NCBI GenBank assembly: GCA_024679065.1
Contig: JAGIQG010000003.1
Span: forward strand, 106,144,001 to 106,208,000
DNA length: 64,000 nt
Reading direction: 5' to 3'
Origin: Sphyrna mokarran
Taxonomy: Eukaryota
Of this stretch, positions 1 through 12,710 are shown one piece after another (within the stretch, counting starts at the first letter, position 1; the number at the start of each line of letters is the position of its first letter). The position numbers were made by a program, and so were the translations under genes. Below the pieces are notes generated by a model that did no database searches, was not told the DNA's origin, and worked only from the letters and a program-made list of their open reading frames with translations.

Positions 1-121
1 TTTTTCCATTGTGGATTGAACTTCATGATGTCAAAGGCCGGCCAATCACTTGCTCTGAAATCCCGGTGTTTTAAAAGAAATTTTAGATTTGCCATTTCTA
101 AAATGCTTTCTTTTTTTTCAG

Positions 122-233
122 CTGGGGTACCCAAGGTGACTTCACCAGCACACACCCACTCCCTGCAGTAAAGGTGAAACTCTTCACAGAGAGCACTGGC
201 GTGTTGGCTCTGGAGGACAAAGAACTTGGGCGG
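122..233 (+). CDS. CADPS: CADPS/CAPS1 internal coding exon (C2 domain): [38 protein letters not shown]
   Basis: Acceptor tttttttcag|C at 121/122 and donor CGG|gtaagt at 233/234. 112 nt = 1 nt + 37 codons. Translation matches the CAPS C2 motif WGTQGDF...[22 protein letters not shown]. Confidence 0.96.
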
Positions 234-2065
234 GTAAGTGCTTCTTGCTTCCTGCAATTAATGATTTATGCCAGCAAGACAGTGCCAAGTCTGCACTGAT
301 TGCATTTCATGTCTGCAGCCAAAAAAAATGCTTTGCAATACCAATTGCACACTCAGGATATATCATTCGAAATCTCTCTCAGAAAATAACAAACAAGTAG
401 GGAACTGCCTTTATTTCCTAAAGTTATTAAAAACATCTTAATAGAAAAGCATGGTGCATTTTGTACAAGGGACTGATCATCTATTGTTCAGAGGTAAGTA
501 CAAAACTGAACATTGCAGCTGTCTGTCAATAAATCTGCCACTTCAATGCATGTTCACCGCCCCACCCCATGCAGAATATTTTACTGTGTATGAGAGCCTT
601 TAATTCGTTACTTTGTGAACCAGACCATTTTAACTGTCTTTAAAATACTCTGACATGCATACTAATGATATGAGAACAGTCCCTTAACTTCCAGCTTGGA
701 ACTATTGACCTCAGTTAAATTCAGTTCAGGGCTTCCTTCTCTGAGATGTTTAAGGACATTGGAAAGTAACGCATAGAATCAATTTTGACATGTCTTTCAC
801 ACACTGCATAATATACACGACTCGAATAACTGTTATGAATTGCAGTAAAATAGAATTATAGAACACATTTAGCCACATCTAAAACTCGATATTAGCTAAA
901 CAAATAGATTATAAAAATGAAACCACATCTCCAATTTCAATTCAGGATAAGAATGAAGCCACCCTCAAATGAGTTTGGAATCAGATCTCTGATCCAAAGC
1001 AACATTGAGTCTTCTGCTCAATCCCAGCAGCAGTGTGTCAACGGCTGATAGTCAAAAGTCAACGTTTGGATGGCATCAGGCTATCACAATGAATTTGTGG
1101 GAGCAGATATCAACAGTTAGCTAAGTACTTGTGGAAACTCCAGATTTGATGAGAGGGAGTGGGGAAAGAATAGCCAGGTCAATGGAGTCCAAGGTTTCTT
1201 TGTGTAGGGGTGGGGAGGGTGTTGTAGGAGTCTTTCGGAGGGGAGAAGCCTTCAAGGGAACGTAACGTTTTTTATAAAATTAAAATCTTAACTGCCCTCT
1301 GGACATGTACCATTTCGTGCCAGTTTTCACTCATGAGAGTAACACGACCCATTGAACATGCAATTGTATGCTAAAATCATGTAGACACCTTATTTGTGTT
1401 ATAGGACCCTGATGTTTGCATATTCATGAGAGCTTTTATTGGAAGCATTGAGGACTTCCTATGCCATCCAAAAGCCATCCATTGGATTGTTCTGGAGTGC
1501 AAGTGCACCAGAAAAGGATAGTTTGCACACCCCAGTTATGAGCCCTCTCCTCTCCTACAGACCCCTTTCTTGTTGGGTAGGAGCTAGTAGAAGAGGTTAA
1601 AAGTGGTTTTTGAGTTTTCAGTATTCTATTTCTTCCAACCTCTAATATTCCAATCTACGTATTATGATTTCATAACATTGTTCAAAGGGAAAGAAACTGC
1701 AAATAATAATGAAGTGATATTCCAAATATTTAGAATACAATTGTCTGTGAGGATGACTTACAACATACCCTGAAGATGGTGCGCATCACAGACAAGAATG
1801 AAAGAATGTATGTGAGGCATACAAAGAAAACATAACAGTACAGAAAGACAGATAAAGTAGAAGATAAACAGAAAAATAGAGAGAATTTGGGAATAATCAG
1901 AGAATATTACATCTGCAAGCAATGACATTGCTGATCAATCAATGCTTTTCTTGAGAACAAAATGCTTTATGTACATTCAGCTTGTCAGCTATGTTGCAGC
2001 TATCAATAAACCGACTCATTTAAACAATAGAAATGGTGGAAATGGACAATACATTCATCAACATC

Positions 2066-2630
2066 TCATAGAATCATAAGTCACAGAAGGAAATCATTCA
2101 GCCTGTTGTGCCTTTACTGGCATTCTGACAGAGCTATCCAATTAGGCTCCCTCCCCTGCTCTTTTCCCGTAGCTTAGCATTTTTTTTTGTAGCTAGCAAT
2201 CCAATTCCCTTTTTAAAAAAATTGAATCTATTTCCACCATCCTTTCAGGAAGTGAATTCCACTTCACAACAGCTTGCTGAGTAAAACAAATTCGCCTCCT
2301 CTTCCCCCTCATTTTTTATTTTTCCAATTATTTCAAATGCTTCTGCCAGTGGAAACAGATCCCCTCTCTCTCTCTCTCTCTCGTTCCTTTTACCAAAGGC
2401 CTTCAGAATTTTCCACAGTAAATCGTCTGTGCTTCATGAAGAACGATTCCCACTTTCCTAGTCTCTCCTGAAGTTTTCATCCTTGGTATAATTTTTATTA
2501 ATCTATTCCGCACTCTCTGCAAGGCCTTTCTAAAGTGTGCTGCCGAGAAATGGTCACAATACTCTCGCTGAGATCTAACCAGTGACTCACATCAGAAGCA
2601 GCAACTGCATTAATTTGTCCATACATACAG
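2066..2630 (-). mobile_element. Old CR1/HER1-type LINE 3' fragment
   Basis: Begins with the reverse-complemented tail (tcatagaatcat...ggaaatcattcagcctgttgtgcct), followed by decayed C-terminal ORF2 sequence resembling the other CR1 copies in the window. Confidence 0.65.
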
Positions 2631-3437
2631 GTACCATTCCATGCCATAACTCTCAATCCACCCCTGTGGTCTCTCGTATCTTGCATTCCAACTTAGGGCC
2701 AACTGATGATTCCTTACGCATCCCCCATAATACTTTATTAGCCCCCGCCAACTTCCAAAACAACTCATGTCAACTCAGTCACCTTTGCCCTTACATCCAC
2801 TATGCCAACTCGCCCAGTATATTTTATTTACATTAAAAGCCATATTGCAATTAAATAAAATCAAGAATTTCCAGAATGCTCTAACCAATGATGAGGAATG
2901 ATCAGAGGACAACGTACTTTCCTGTTAAAAGTTAAAAAGACCAATCTTGCATTTATAATAAAGATTTGCAACCAAAATGGAGTTGTATTATGGTGATTAC
3001 ATAATCATTGATGAGTTGTCTGCACTGCAGACGTTTTGCTGTTTCAGAATCAGTAACTAATTACCCTCGAGCAGAATACAAAGGTAACAGTCTCAGCCAT
3101 CCAGTCATTGGGAAAGCTACCCAGTAACATATAGAGCCATCAATCACAGGCATAACCACTGAGAAATCCACCCAGACACAGTTACAGTCACTAGTCACAG
3201 ACGGAGCCATCACTGCAGATGCAGAGACAACAACAACAAGCAGAGTACATTTATAATATAAATAAAGGCAAAGAGAGATTCCTCAGTGCAGATGTAAGGG
3301 ATAAGTTGCTAAAATACGTCTCACTGAGACATCGAAACAATTTTACCAGTGAAGCTAATAACAGACAGACGCTACTCATAGACATAAACACAATTGAAAT
3401 CATAGCAGAGACATAACCATAGACTGAGGCAGCAGGA

Positions 3438-3900
3438 ACAACAACTTGTATTCATATAGTGCCTTTAACAGAATAAAACATCCCAAGGCACTTCACAAAT
3501 GCATTATAAAACAAATATGATAGCAAGCCATGCATGATATTAGGGCTGTTAATCAACAGATGGTCACAGAGATAGCTTTATGGAATGTCTTCAAGGAAGA
3601 AATTGAGTTAGAGGTAGCAAGGTTTTGGGAAGAATTTCAGACCTTAGGGCCAAGGCAGCAGTGGATACAGACATCAGTGGTGCAGTAATAAAAGCTGGAA
3701 TACTCAAGAATGCATAATTGAAGGAGCACGAGTATTTTTAGCACCATAGTGCTGGAAGTGATTGAAAATATAAGAACATTCCAGGCCATGGAGGGACTTG
3801 GAAATAAAGATAAGAATGTTAAAATCCAGGTATTGTTTAATTAGGGGTCACGTAAGCACAGGCATGATGTGAGTTAAGACACGTGAAGCCATGGATATAG
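3438..3900 (-). mobile_element. L2 LINE 3' fragment
   Basis: aacaacttgtattcatatagtgcctttaac...catcccaaggcacttcaca is the reverse complement of an L2 3' tail, followed by gggaagaatttcagaccttagggccaaggcagc. Confidence 0.65.
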
Positions 3901-4039
3901 AATGAACAAGTTTGAAGAGTATTTTTTGTACTCAGGAATTACCCAAAGTACTTTATAACCAGTTAGGTATTTTTTCAAGTATAGTCACTGTTATAATGTA
4001 GAATATCAATAGAGCTGTAAGTGAATCCCAATAACCAGT

Positions 4040-4352
4040 GGGCAGCATGGTGGCACAGTAGTTAGCATTGCTGTCTCACAGTGCTAAGATCCCAGGTTCA
4101 ATTCCAGCCTCAGGTTACTGTCCGTGTGGAGTTTGTACTTTTTCCTTGTGTCAGTGTGCTCCAGATGCTCTAATTTCCTCCTACAGTTCAAAGATGTCCG
4201 GGTTACATCGATTGGTCATGCGAAGTTAATCCTAGTTCAGCTGGATTAGCCGGGTAAATGTGTGGGGTTACAGGAATAGGGCCTGGATGGGATGTGGCTG
4301 ATACAGACTCAATGGGCTGAATAGCCTCCTTCTGTACTTTAGGGATTCTATT
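4040..4352 (+). mobile_element. HE1-type V-SINE, CR1/HER1 tail (type A)
   Basis: tRNA-like head (ggtggcacagtagttagc...ggttcaattcc), V-domain (gtgtggagtttgtac...ttcctcc), and tail gggctgaatagcctccttctgtactttagggattcta. Confidence 0.9.
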
Positions 4353-4949
4353 AATTTTATAAAACCAGCAGAGATGCCAATAAGAGATGGAGACTAGCAG
4401 AAATACATATTGCAGATAATTTAAATGTTAAATATTTGTTATCTCATAGTGTAATTTCAGAACCCAGTACACTGACAAAATAAATGTGCAATATAATGGA
4501 CACCAGGAATGCAAGTTCCAAAATTCAGGTCAAATTTTCAATCCTGAGTTTCTCTCAGCTCCCCAAATACAACGCAAGTGAAACTTTCCTAAATGGTCTG
4601 ATTTTCATGATGAGGGGTTCTTAACTGTAGTTGCGTCTGGTGCAGAGTGGACAGCCTCAAGGGCTGAGATGCACTGGTTAAAGGTCAGCTTTTGTGCTCT
4701 GAGACCTCATCACAAATATAGTAAAACACAGTAAAACAAAAGACAGTCCAACACACCTCCCATTGCCTCACCAAACCCCCACACATTTCCATGCCCTATC
4801 TATGACAATTCATGCCAGCCAGTGCCCCTTTATCCACCCCCATTGCCTCTCACAGCCTCTATACTCAATCCATCTCTGTGGCCCCTCATACCTTGCGTTC
4901 CAACTTAGGGTCAACTTATGACCTGTTACACATCTCCATAACACTTTTT

Positions 4950-5260
4950 GGGCAGCACAGTGATTAGCACTGCTGCTTCACAGCCCCAGGGACCTGGGTT
5001 CAATTCCTGGTTTGGGTCACTGTCTGTGTGGAGTTTGCACATTCTCCTTGTGTCTGTGTGGGTTTCCTCTGGGTGCTCTGGTTTCCTTCCACATCCTCTG
5101 TGTGGGTTAGGTTGATTGACCATGCTAAAATTGTCCCTTAGTGTCCTCAGTTTAGAGGGATTGGCAGGTAAATATGTAGGGATAAGGAGAGAGGGCCTGG
5201 ATGAGTGTAGATTCGATGGGCCAAATGGCTTCTTTCTGCACTATAGGGTTTCTATGATTA
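4950..5260 (+). mobile_element. HE1-type V-SINE, tail A
   Basis: Same head and V-domain; ends gatgggccaaatggcttctttctgcactatagggtttctatgatt. Confidence 0.9.
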
Positions 5261-5722
5261 TAGCCACCCTGCCAATTCCTTACCAAATCATGTCAACCCT
5301 TACGCCCACTAAGTCAACTCACCCTGTATATTTAATTCGCAGACATTAGAAGCCATGCTTCAATGAAATAAAATCTAATTCTAAGTACCTATTACAAACT
5401 TCATGATATTAAAAATATGCTCTCATTGATTAAGCATAGTCAATACAATTAATTCCCTCTCAGTACAATTAATTATCTTCAAGTACTTAATCTGTTTTAT
5501 AAAACACACATTTTGTCCAAGTACTTAATCCTTTAGCAAAATAATCATTTGTATTCGTAGCCCATAGTCAAAAACAGTTAAAAACTTGAATTTATTTTTA
5601 TCAGTGTCTTTGAGTAATAAAACATTTCAATGTACTTCATATTGTTATTATAAAACGTAATGGGCCATAACTGCTAAGCTCCAAGGCATAATAAATGGGA
5701 GTATCCAAAAGATGTACACACA

Positions 5723-5782
5723 ACGCGTACACACACACACGCACACGCGCACGCGCACACACACACGCGTGCGCGCACACAC
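5723..5782. repeat. Compound (CA)/(CG) alternating purine-pyrimidine microsatellite
   Basis: acgcgtacacacacacacgcacacgcgcacgcgcacacacacacgcgtgcgcgcacacac: 60 bp of unbroken R/Y alternation. Confidence 0.95.
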
Positions 5783-5849
5783 TTTTAAATGGAATGGCAG
5801 TCCAACTTAATTGGCATTCCATCAGAAGTTATGGCACAATATGTCACTG

Positions 5850-6340
5850 ATCAATATGAGGAGATATTGGGGCAGATGACCAAAGCTTGATCAAATAAGT
5901 AAGCATTAAGGAATGTATTGAAGAAGAAAAAGAAGTAAAGAAGTTTTGGGAAGGAATCCCAGAGTTTTGTGCCTTGACAGCTGAAGATATGGCCACAAAT
6001 GAGCAATTAAAACTACGGGATCTCTGGGGAGACCATAACTAGAAAAGAGTAGATATATTATATGGCACAGAGGCTGAAGAGTGGAGTGAAACCAAGCCAG
6101 GGAGGGATTTGAAATCAAAAGAGTTGCGGAACCAGGAGCGAGTATTACTCAATGGACACAGGATTGATGAATGAACCAGACTTAGTACAAGTTGGAACAT
6201 GGGCAGAAGAGATTCAGATGATGACAAATTTACAGAGGGTACAACTGAGGAGGTTAACCACGAATGTGAAAGGAAAAATCAAATCTAAAGATAACGAAGA
6301 CTTGGATGAGAGTGTTCAGGAGCAGATGAGCTGAGGTGGA
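5850..6340 (-). mobile_element. L2 LINE fragment
   Basis: Homologous to 3540-3900 (gatattggggcagatgaccaaagcttgatcaaa...gggaaggaatcccagag...cagctgaag). Confidence 0.6.
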
Positions 6341-6597
6341 ATAATGAGTATTGTGCACAGTAGTGAATATAGCCATGTGCTGATGTACCTTTATAAATGT
6401 ATAAAATGTAAGATCAGTCATAAAGATATCCAATTAAGAAGTGAGTGGGGGTAGGGGTGAGCAGATATCACTGTGAGGAAGAAAAGTTGCCTGAAACTTT
6501 TGAAATTGTTTCCAAAAGTGAGATTGGAGTCATCTCTTTAAGGTAATTGATTTCCTGCTGCTAAGAAACATTTCTAGGTCTCTGAAATGGCTAGGAC

Positions 6598-6926
6598 ATT
6601 TTTCCATTCATTTGGGGGATGTGGGTGTCACTGGCTGGGCCAACATTTGTTGCCCGTCCCTAATTGCCCTTGAAAGGGCAGTTGAGAATCAGCCACATTG
6701 CTGTGGCTCTGGAGTCACATGTAAGTCAGACAAGGCCATTAGGGAACTGAATAGATTTTATGACAATCAACAAGAGGTTTCATAGTCTTCATTAGATTTT
6801 TAATTCCAGATTTTTATTGGATTCAAATTTCATCATCGATCATGGTGGTATTCGAATCCAGGTGCCCAGAGCATTACCCTTGGTCTCTGTATTACTAGCC
6901 CAGTGACAATACCACACTGCCTCCCC
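6598..6926 (-). mobile_element. tRNA-headed SINE, second family (tail ggcaattagggatgggcaataaatg...cccacatccc)
   Basis: Reverse complement reads gtggtattgtcactgggctagtaatacagag...ggattcgaataccaccatg...; homologous end to end with 41392-41750. Confidence 0.8.
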
Positions 6927-7279
6927 ACAACCACAGAACCACACCTTATCTCAACAGTCTTATGCTGAGCCAAAGATTTGCATAATGGACAGAATTCTCA
7001 GCATAGCCTAGGGAACGACCAGGATGCATACCCAAATTTCTGATAAAGTTAAGAAGAGAACAAGCAAAGATTCATGGCCACCCCATTCCTCCTCTTCCCC
7101 TCTGAATTAGGATTTGAACTAGACTTAATGGGACAGTTATCTAATGGGTTCAGATGCTGCTGTTAATTCCTGGCCCATCGTGGTTCTAGTTTCATTCTAT
7201 CTCACCCCAGAAATTTTGGCCCCTTATAAGCCAATAGTAAGCTGAGATTCAAGAGCAATATTAATGAATATTCTAAAAA

Positions 7280-7480
7280 CAGACGAACATATACACCAAT
7301 AATGGGTGGCCTGACACACTAATAACAGACAAGGCGGGCACACCAGTAATAGACAGACAGCCATGCCAGTGACAGGTGGCCAAGCCAATGACGGGCAGAC
7401 AGACACATCAATGACTGACAGATGAACAGACCTGTAAAGGGCAGATAGGCTCATCAGTAACATCAGACAGACAGACTGTC
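7280..7480 (+). repeat. Degenerate ~20-bp tandem repeat (GACAGACACACCAGTAATG-like)
   Basis: Recurrent acaccaataatgg / acactaataacagac / acaccagtaatagacagac units. Confidence 0.7.
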
Positions 7481-8182
7481 ACAGCCCAAGGTTGGCAGAG
7501 GATAATGTCGGCCTGAATTTAGGCCAATAAATTATACATATGTATTTGATGGCAAAGCACGCATTGGTAGAAAGATGTTTATTTATAGACTAAATCCCAG
7601 TGCAAGAAAAGGTGCAAAGATATGTATAATTTTTATTTATTATTTACAATATATCACAGAAAGATGTTTTGATGGACCAAAATAACAAACAATTAATCAA
7701 ACACAAAGGCACTTCACCAGAATGGCTTTACAGGTATGAGCGACTGTCCCAGTTCCAACTATAAAACATAGACTGCCCCTATCTACTCCCAACCAGAACA
7801 TCTTTCATTCTACTCATGCAAGAGTCCAAAATAACACAAAACAAATACTATATTGCTTCAAATAACATACAGCATTATAATCATTTGCAAATCAACAATC
7901 CAGGTTTTAAATGCACCTAAAACACAGAATAAACCTAAATATACATATAGTCGCACTATACGTTAATAAAGCACTTTCAGAAATACCGATGACAATGGAA
8001 TCTCCCAACCATGGAAATTTGAGCATATTGGATAAGCACTTTATAGCCACCCTGAGTTGCCTAGAGTTAATTTGGGTCCTTGTATAGTAAACAGAGAGAT
8101 GAGAGACAGCACTACAATAAACCAGACAAACTAAGTTAGCAATGTCAAATGTGGCCTTTTAAGAATGGACCACAATGAAGAG

Positions 8183-8475
8183 GGAGGGTGACTCAGTGGT
8201 TGAAACTGCTGCCGAACAGTGCCAGGGATCTGAGTTCGATTCCTGGCTTGGGCCACTGTGAGGAGTCTGCATGTTCTCTCTGTGTCTGCCTGGGTTTCCT
8301 CTGGATGCTCCAGTTTTCTCCCACAGTCCGAAAGATGTGCTGGTTAGGTGCATTGGCCATGCTAAATTCTTCCTCAGTATACCCAGACAGGTGCCAAAGT
8401 GTGGCGACTGGGGAATTTTCACAATAACCTCAGCGTTGATGTAAGCCTACTTGTGACGATAATAAATAAATGTTA
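8183..8475 (+). mobile_element. V-SINE with alternative tail (type B)
   Basis: HE1-like head and V-domain, then tacccagacaggtgccaaagtgtggcgactggggaattttcac...atgtaagcctacttgtgacgataataaataaa. Confidence 0.9.
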
Positions 8476-8504
8476 AGCTTGAGGCCGGCGATGAAGCTCT
8501 CCAT

Positions 8505-8745
8505 CACACAAACAGACAGAAACACTTGTAATGAACAGACACACCAGTAATGGATAGACGGACACACCAGTAATGGATAGGCAGACACACCAGGATCTCC
8601 AGACGGACACACCAGTAATGGACAGACAATCTCTCCAGACACACCAGTAAGGGACAGACAGATGTACCAGTAACTGGCAAATGAATGAGCAGCAAGATAG
8701 AGGCAGCAGTAATACACTGACAAGACACCAGCAGCACTCACACAG
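8505..8745 (+). repeat. ~20-bp minisatellite (GGA[T/C]AGACGGACACACCAGTAAT)
   Basis: cagacacaccagtaatggatagacggacacaccagtaatggataggcagacacaccagg...; accounts for the C/V/L-rich minus-strand ORFs here. Confidence 0.85.
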
Positions 8746-9687
8746 CATATTTGTTATTAATAAAGACAGAGGTCAAGCGACCTTGCTTGAACAAGACTTG
8801 AAATTCTCATTTGAGATCAACAGATATTTCTGTTGTCCACCCCTCGTCCGCTCCAATTCCATGTCAGACAAGTATCTGTAACAAACAATTTCCGCAGTAT
8901 TAGACAAATGCTCATTCGGAATTGTGCAGATAGGTATATCAGTACTAGACAGATGCAGAAACGTAGGTGTAACACATATATCAAAGATAAAATCACATTT
9001 CAAACCACACACACACAATTAGCAAGAGGTAGTACACAAGTTCAGCTGTAACACACAGGTGATTCAGTAATAGATAAACACATAAACACAGCTGGGACAG
9101 GTATGCCAGTAGTAGCTACTCAGGCAATCTTCAATAGACTGATAGCAGAATGATAAATGCACACATACAAACAACAGTGACAAACATAGATACAGGAAGT
9201 GTGATGGAAACCATACATATACACTTAAAGGGGCAAAGATAGTGCAAAGGAACAATTAAAAATTGCAAACAGTTAATTTCACAGCTGAACACAAGCCCAA
9301 AAGAATGTAAATAAAATGAATCAGAATTACCTTAACTGACATATTTCCTTTTATTAACATTCACCATCGTTATTATAATTTATAGAAATCATTTTGTTTG
9401 TTAATTATTATTGATGATTACCACCTGTGCTGCTGTTATTGTTTTCAGCAGATTTCCACCGACCTCATCACACAGCTGTAGTATGTATCTTAGGAAGGAA
9501 TAACATACTATTCCTCTGTTGTGACACCTTCAGCCAGATCTGAGTGTTAATAATTTTCCGCCTCCCAGTTATTTATTTCCTAGCGAACAAACCTCTGTTT
9601 TGTGTTTCCCAGTGTTTGGTAATCTAGTTCACAGTTACACTGCAGCAGTTAGTGAAACACCATTATCATCTTTATGTTGTTTTTCAG

Positions 9688-9827
9688 GTTGTCTTGCATC
9701 CTACACCTAACAGTCCAAAATCTGCCGAATTGCACAAAATGGTTGTTTCAAAAAACAGCACAGATCAGGATCTGAAAATTAAGTTGGCAGTTCGAATGGA
9801 CAAACCGCAGAATATGAAACACTGTGG
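9688..9827 (+). CDS. CADPS: CADPS coding exon (end of C2, linker): [46 protein letters not shown](G)
   Basis: Acceptor gttgtttttcag| and donor GG|gtaagt. 140 nt, phase 0 in and phase 2 out, continuing the previous exon in frame. [13 protein letters not shown] is a CAPS hallmark. Absent from the ORF track. Confidence 0.96.
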
Positions 9828-9886
9828 GTAAGTGTGCAGCCCATAAGTTACTGACATTGGAATGAGGGATGGGGACGTTGGTTTAA

Positions 9887-10195
9887 AGGGTGGCATGGTG
9901 GCAAGTGGTTAGCACAGCTGCCTCGCTGTGCCAGGGACCCAGGTTCATTTCCCGGCTTGGGTCATTGTCTTTGTGGAGCCTGTATGTTTTCCCCGTGTCA
10001 ACATGGATTTCCTACGGGTGCTCTGGTTTCTTCCCACATTCTGAAAGACGTGCTTGTTAGGTATATTGGCCATGCTAAATTCTCCCTCAGTGTACCCGAA
10101 CAGGTGCCAGAGAATGACGACTGGGAGATTTTCACAGTAACTTCATTGTGGTGTTAATATAAGCCTACTTGTGACACTAACAAATAAACTTTAAA
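9887..10195 (+). mobile_element. V-SINE, tail B
   Basis: Full head, V-domain and B tail; flanked by a tttaaag direct repeat; only 60 bp downstream of a CADPS donor. Confidence 0.9.
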
Positions 10196-10889
10196 GAAAT
10201 CATATCATTTAAGACTCATGACATTTAGTTGTCTGAGGATCATATTTGATCTCTTCAGTTATATCCAAATACTGAAATTAATTCAGGCCCTCAGCAGGAC
10301 TTCCTTCTTTATCGTTCACTATATGTTTCAGTTACAAATGCAGTGACAGATATCAGCTTTAGCTCAGCATATGGGATTTTATATGCAATGTTTTTGGCTT
10401 GCGTTATTGTACATAACTAATTAATCATCATTTTACTACTGGTTCATCCAGGCCACAAGGACTGAACAAAACACATAATTGATTTTTTACTGGAAACCAC
10501 TTTATCTCACCGTTGTGACATAATATAGTTGTCAATGTGACATTATAAGGCAGAGTGATAACTTAATTTTGGGGTTATGTTAACATAGCGTTTGCTGTTG
10601 AATCTAATCACAGCATTACTGAATTGAGAAAGTTAATGTTAGCTGAATTCAACTTAACGGAAATAACATTAAGGTTCCCATGTACGGTTTGCAATGTTAA
10701 CTGTCTGTAGTCTAGAATTTATTCACATTCAGGTTCTGTCTGTAGCTTGGATTATATTAACGTAAGGAGGTACAGAGCAAGATTCTCCTTCCCAAGTGGT
10801 GTTAATGGCTCTGAGTTCCCTCTAATTTGGCCTCCACTTACTTGCCTTTCAGAACTTGACCTCTGCCAAGGCAAACAGAGTAGTCTTTT

Positions 10890-12190
10890 GACAAATAGTA
10901 ACCCCCAGGATGTTGATAGTGGGGGATCCAGTGATGGTAATGCAATTGACTGTCAAAGGATGATGATTGGATTCTTTCTTATTGGAGACGGTCATCGCCT
11001 GGCACTTGAGGCACGAATTTTACTTGCCACTTATCAGCCAAAGTCTTCTTGCTTATGGACACGAACTGCTTCACTATTTGAGGAATTGCAAATGGTGATC
11101 AATGTGGTGCAATCATCAGCAAATATCCCCTTATGATTGAGGGAAGATCATTTGACAAAGCAGCTGAAGATTGTTGGATGTAAGATACTACCTAAGGAAC
11201 TACTGCAGTGATGTCCTGGGACTGGGATAATTGACTTCCAACATCATAGCCAGCTTTGTGATGGGCAGGACTCAAATCAACAGAGAATTTTGCCCGAATT
11301 CTCATTGACTCTAGTCAAATGCTGACATGATGTCAAGGGAAAGCTCTCTCACCTCATCTCTGGAATTCAGCTTGTTTGAAATGTTTGGATCAGGTTCTAA
11401 TGAGGTCAGAAGCTGAGAGACCCTAGTAGAACCCAAACTGAATTCCATGAGCAGGTTATTGCTGAGTAAATGCTGTTGATAGCAATGTTGAAGACGCCTT
11501 CATAAGTTTACTGATGATCAAGTGTAAATTGATGGGATGGTTATTGGTTGGGTTGGATTTATCCTGCTTTTTGTGGACAGGACGTTCCTGGGCAATTTTC
11601 CACATTGCCAGGTAGATGCCAATGTTGTAGCTGCACTGGAACAACTTGGCAAATTCTGGAGCATAAATCTCCGGTACTCTTACCTGATTGTACCAGGGTC
11701 CATTGTCTTTGCAGTATCCAGTACTTATAGCTTTTTCTTAACTTCACATAGAGTGAATATAATTGGCTGAAGACAGACATCTGTCATGCTGGGGACCTCC
11801 AGAAAAGACCAAGATGGATCATTCATTCGACACTTCTGGCTTAAGATTGTTGCAAATGTTTCACTTTACCTTTTACATTTATGTGCTGGGTTCCTCCATC
11901 ATTGAGGATTTTGTGGAGCCTCCTCCACCAGTTAGCTGTTCAGTTGTCCACCATCGCTGATGGATCTGATCTATTGGTTGTGGAATTGTATAGTGCTATT
12001 ACTTGCTGCTTATGCTGTTTGACATGCAACTAATCCTGTGTTGTAGCTTCACAAGGTTGCCACCTGATTTTTAGGTTTGCCTGGTGTTGCTCCTGGCTTG
12101 CCCTCCTACACCCTTCATTGAACCAGGTTTCATCCCCCGGCTTTATGGCAGTGGTGCTGTAGAGGACAAGCCAAACCTTGAGGTTACACC
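10890..12190 (-). mobile_element. Decayed APE-type LINE ORF2 fragment (CR1/L2 group)
   Basis: Minus ORF 11456..11644 GIYLAMWKIAQERPVHKKQDKSNPTNNHPINLHLIISKLM matches the WKxAxVxPVHKKxxKSxPxNYRPISL pre-RT motif. Confidence 0.8.
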
Positions 12191-12497
12191 AATGGTTTTT
12201 CACTGACGGTGATGTGTGTGCAAATTGGAAACTAGTAGAAATTGAAGAATGTCTCAGGACTGGAGAGGAGTGAGCACAGAGGTTTAGCTGAGTGTAACTG
12301 GAGAGCGGTAGTAAGAAATGATCACCTTAGCAAATTGAACAAATATACGGAGGAAGAATTAGAACTGCTAGGAAATGGTAAAGGAATTGTGTCTGGAAGG
12401 TTAAATGACCTTACACATCTTGTTTGCCAAATAGTATTTAAAACTGTGTACTTTTTATTTCCAGGTGAGTCAAATCTTATATAATCCAAAATAAAAA

Positions 12498-12710
12498 CAT
12501 GATGTGGAGATACCGGCATTAGACTAGGGCGGATACATTAAGAAGTCTCTTAACACCAGGTTAAAGCCCAACAGGTTTATTTGGTAGCACAAGCTTGTGA
12601 ATATTTGTGAACCCACCTCCCCACTCACCTGATGAAGGAGCAGTACTCTGAAAGCTTGTGATTCCATATAAGCCTGTTGGACTTTAACCTGGTGTTGTGG
12701 AATTTCTTAT
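12498..12710. mobile_element. Penelope-like element terminal-repeat insertion as an inverted pair, with hammerhead motif
   Basis: Arms 12539-12596 and 12652-12709 are reverse complements. Flanked by aataaaaaca/aataaagaca. Homologous to loci 29869, 31445 and 43033. Confidence 0.8.
12625..12661 (+). ncRNA. Minimal type I hammerhead ribozyme motif
   Basis: TCAC CTGATGA A GGAG cagta CTCT GAA AGCT T GTGA: stem I TCAC/GTGA, CUGANGA box, stem II, GAAA box, palindromic AGCU stem III, H17=U. Confidence 0.75.

Noticed and set aside
8430-8748. Overlapping Cys/Val-rich ORFs
   Set aside because: Translations of the 20-bp minisatellite.
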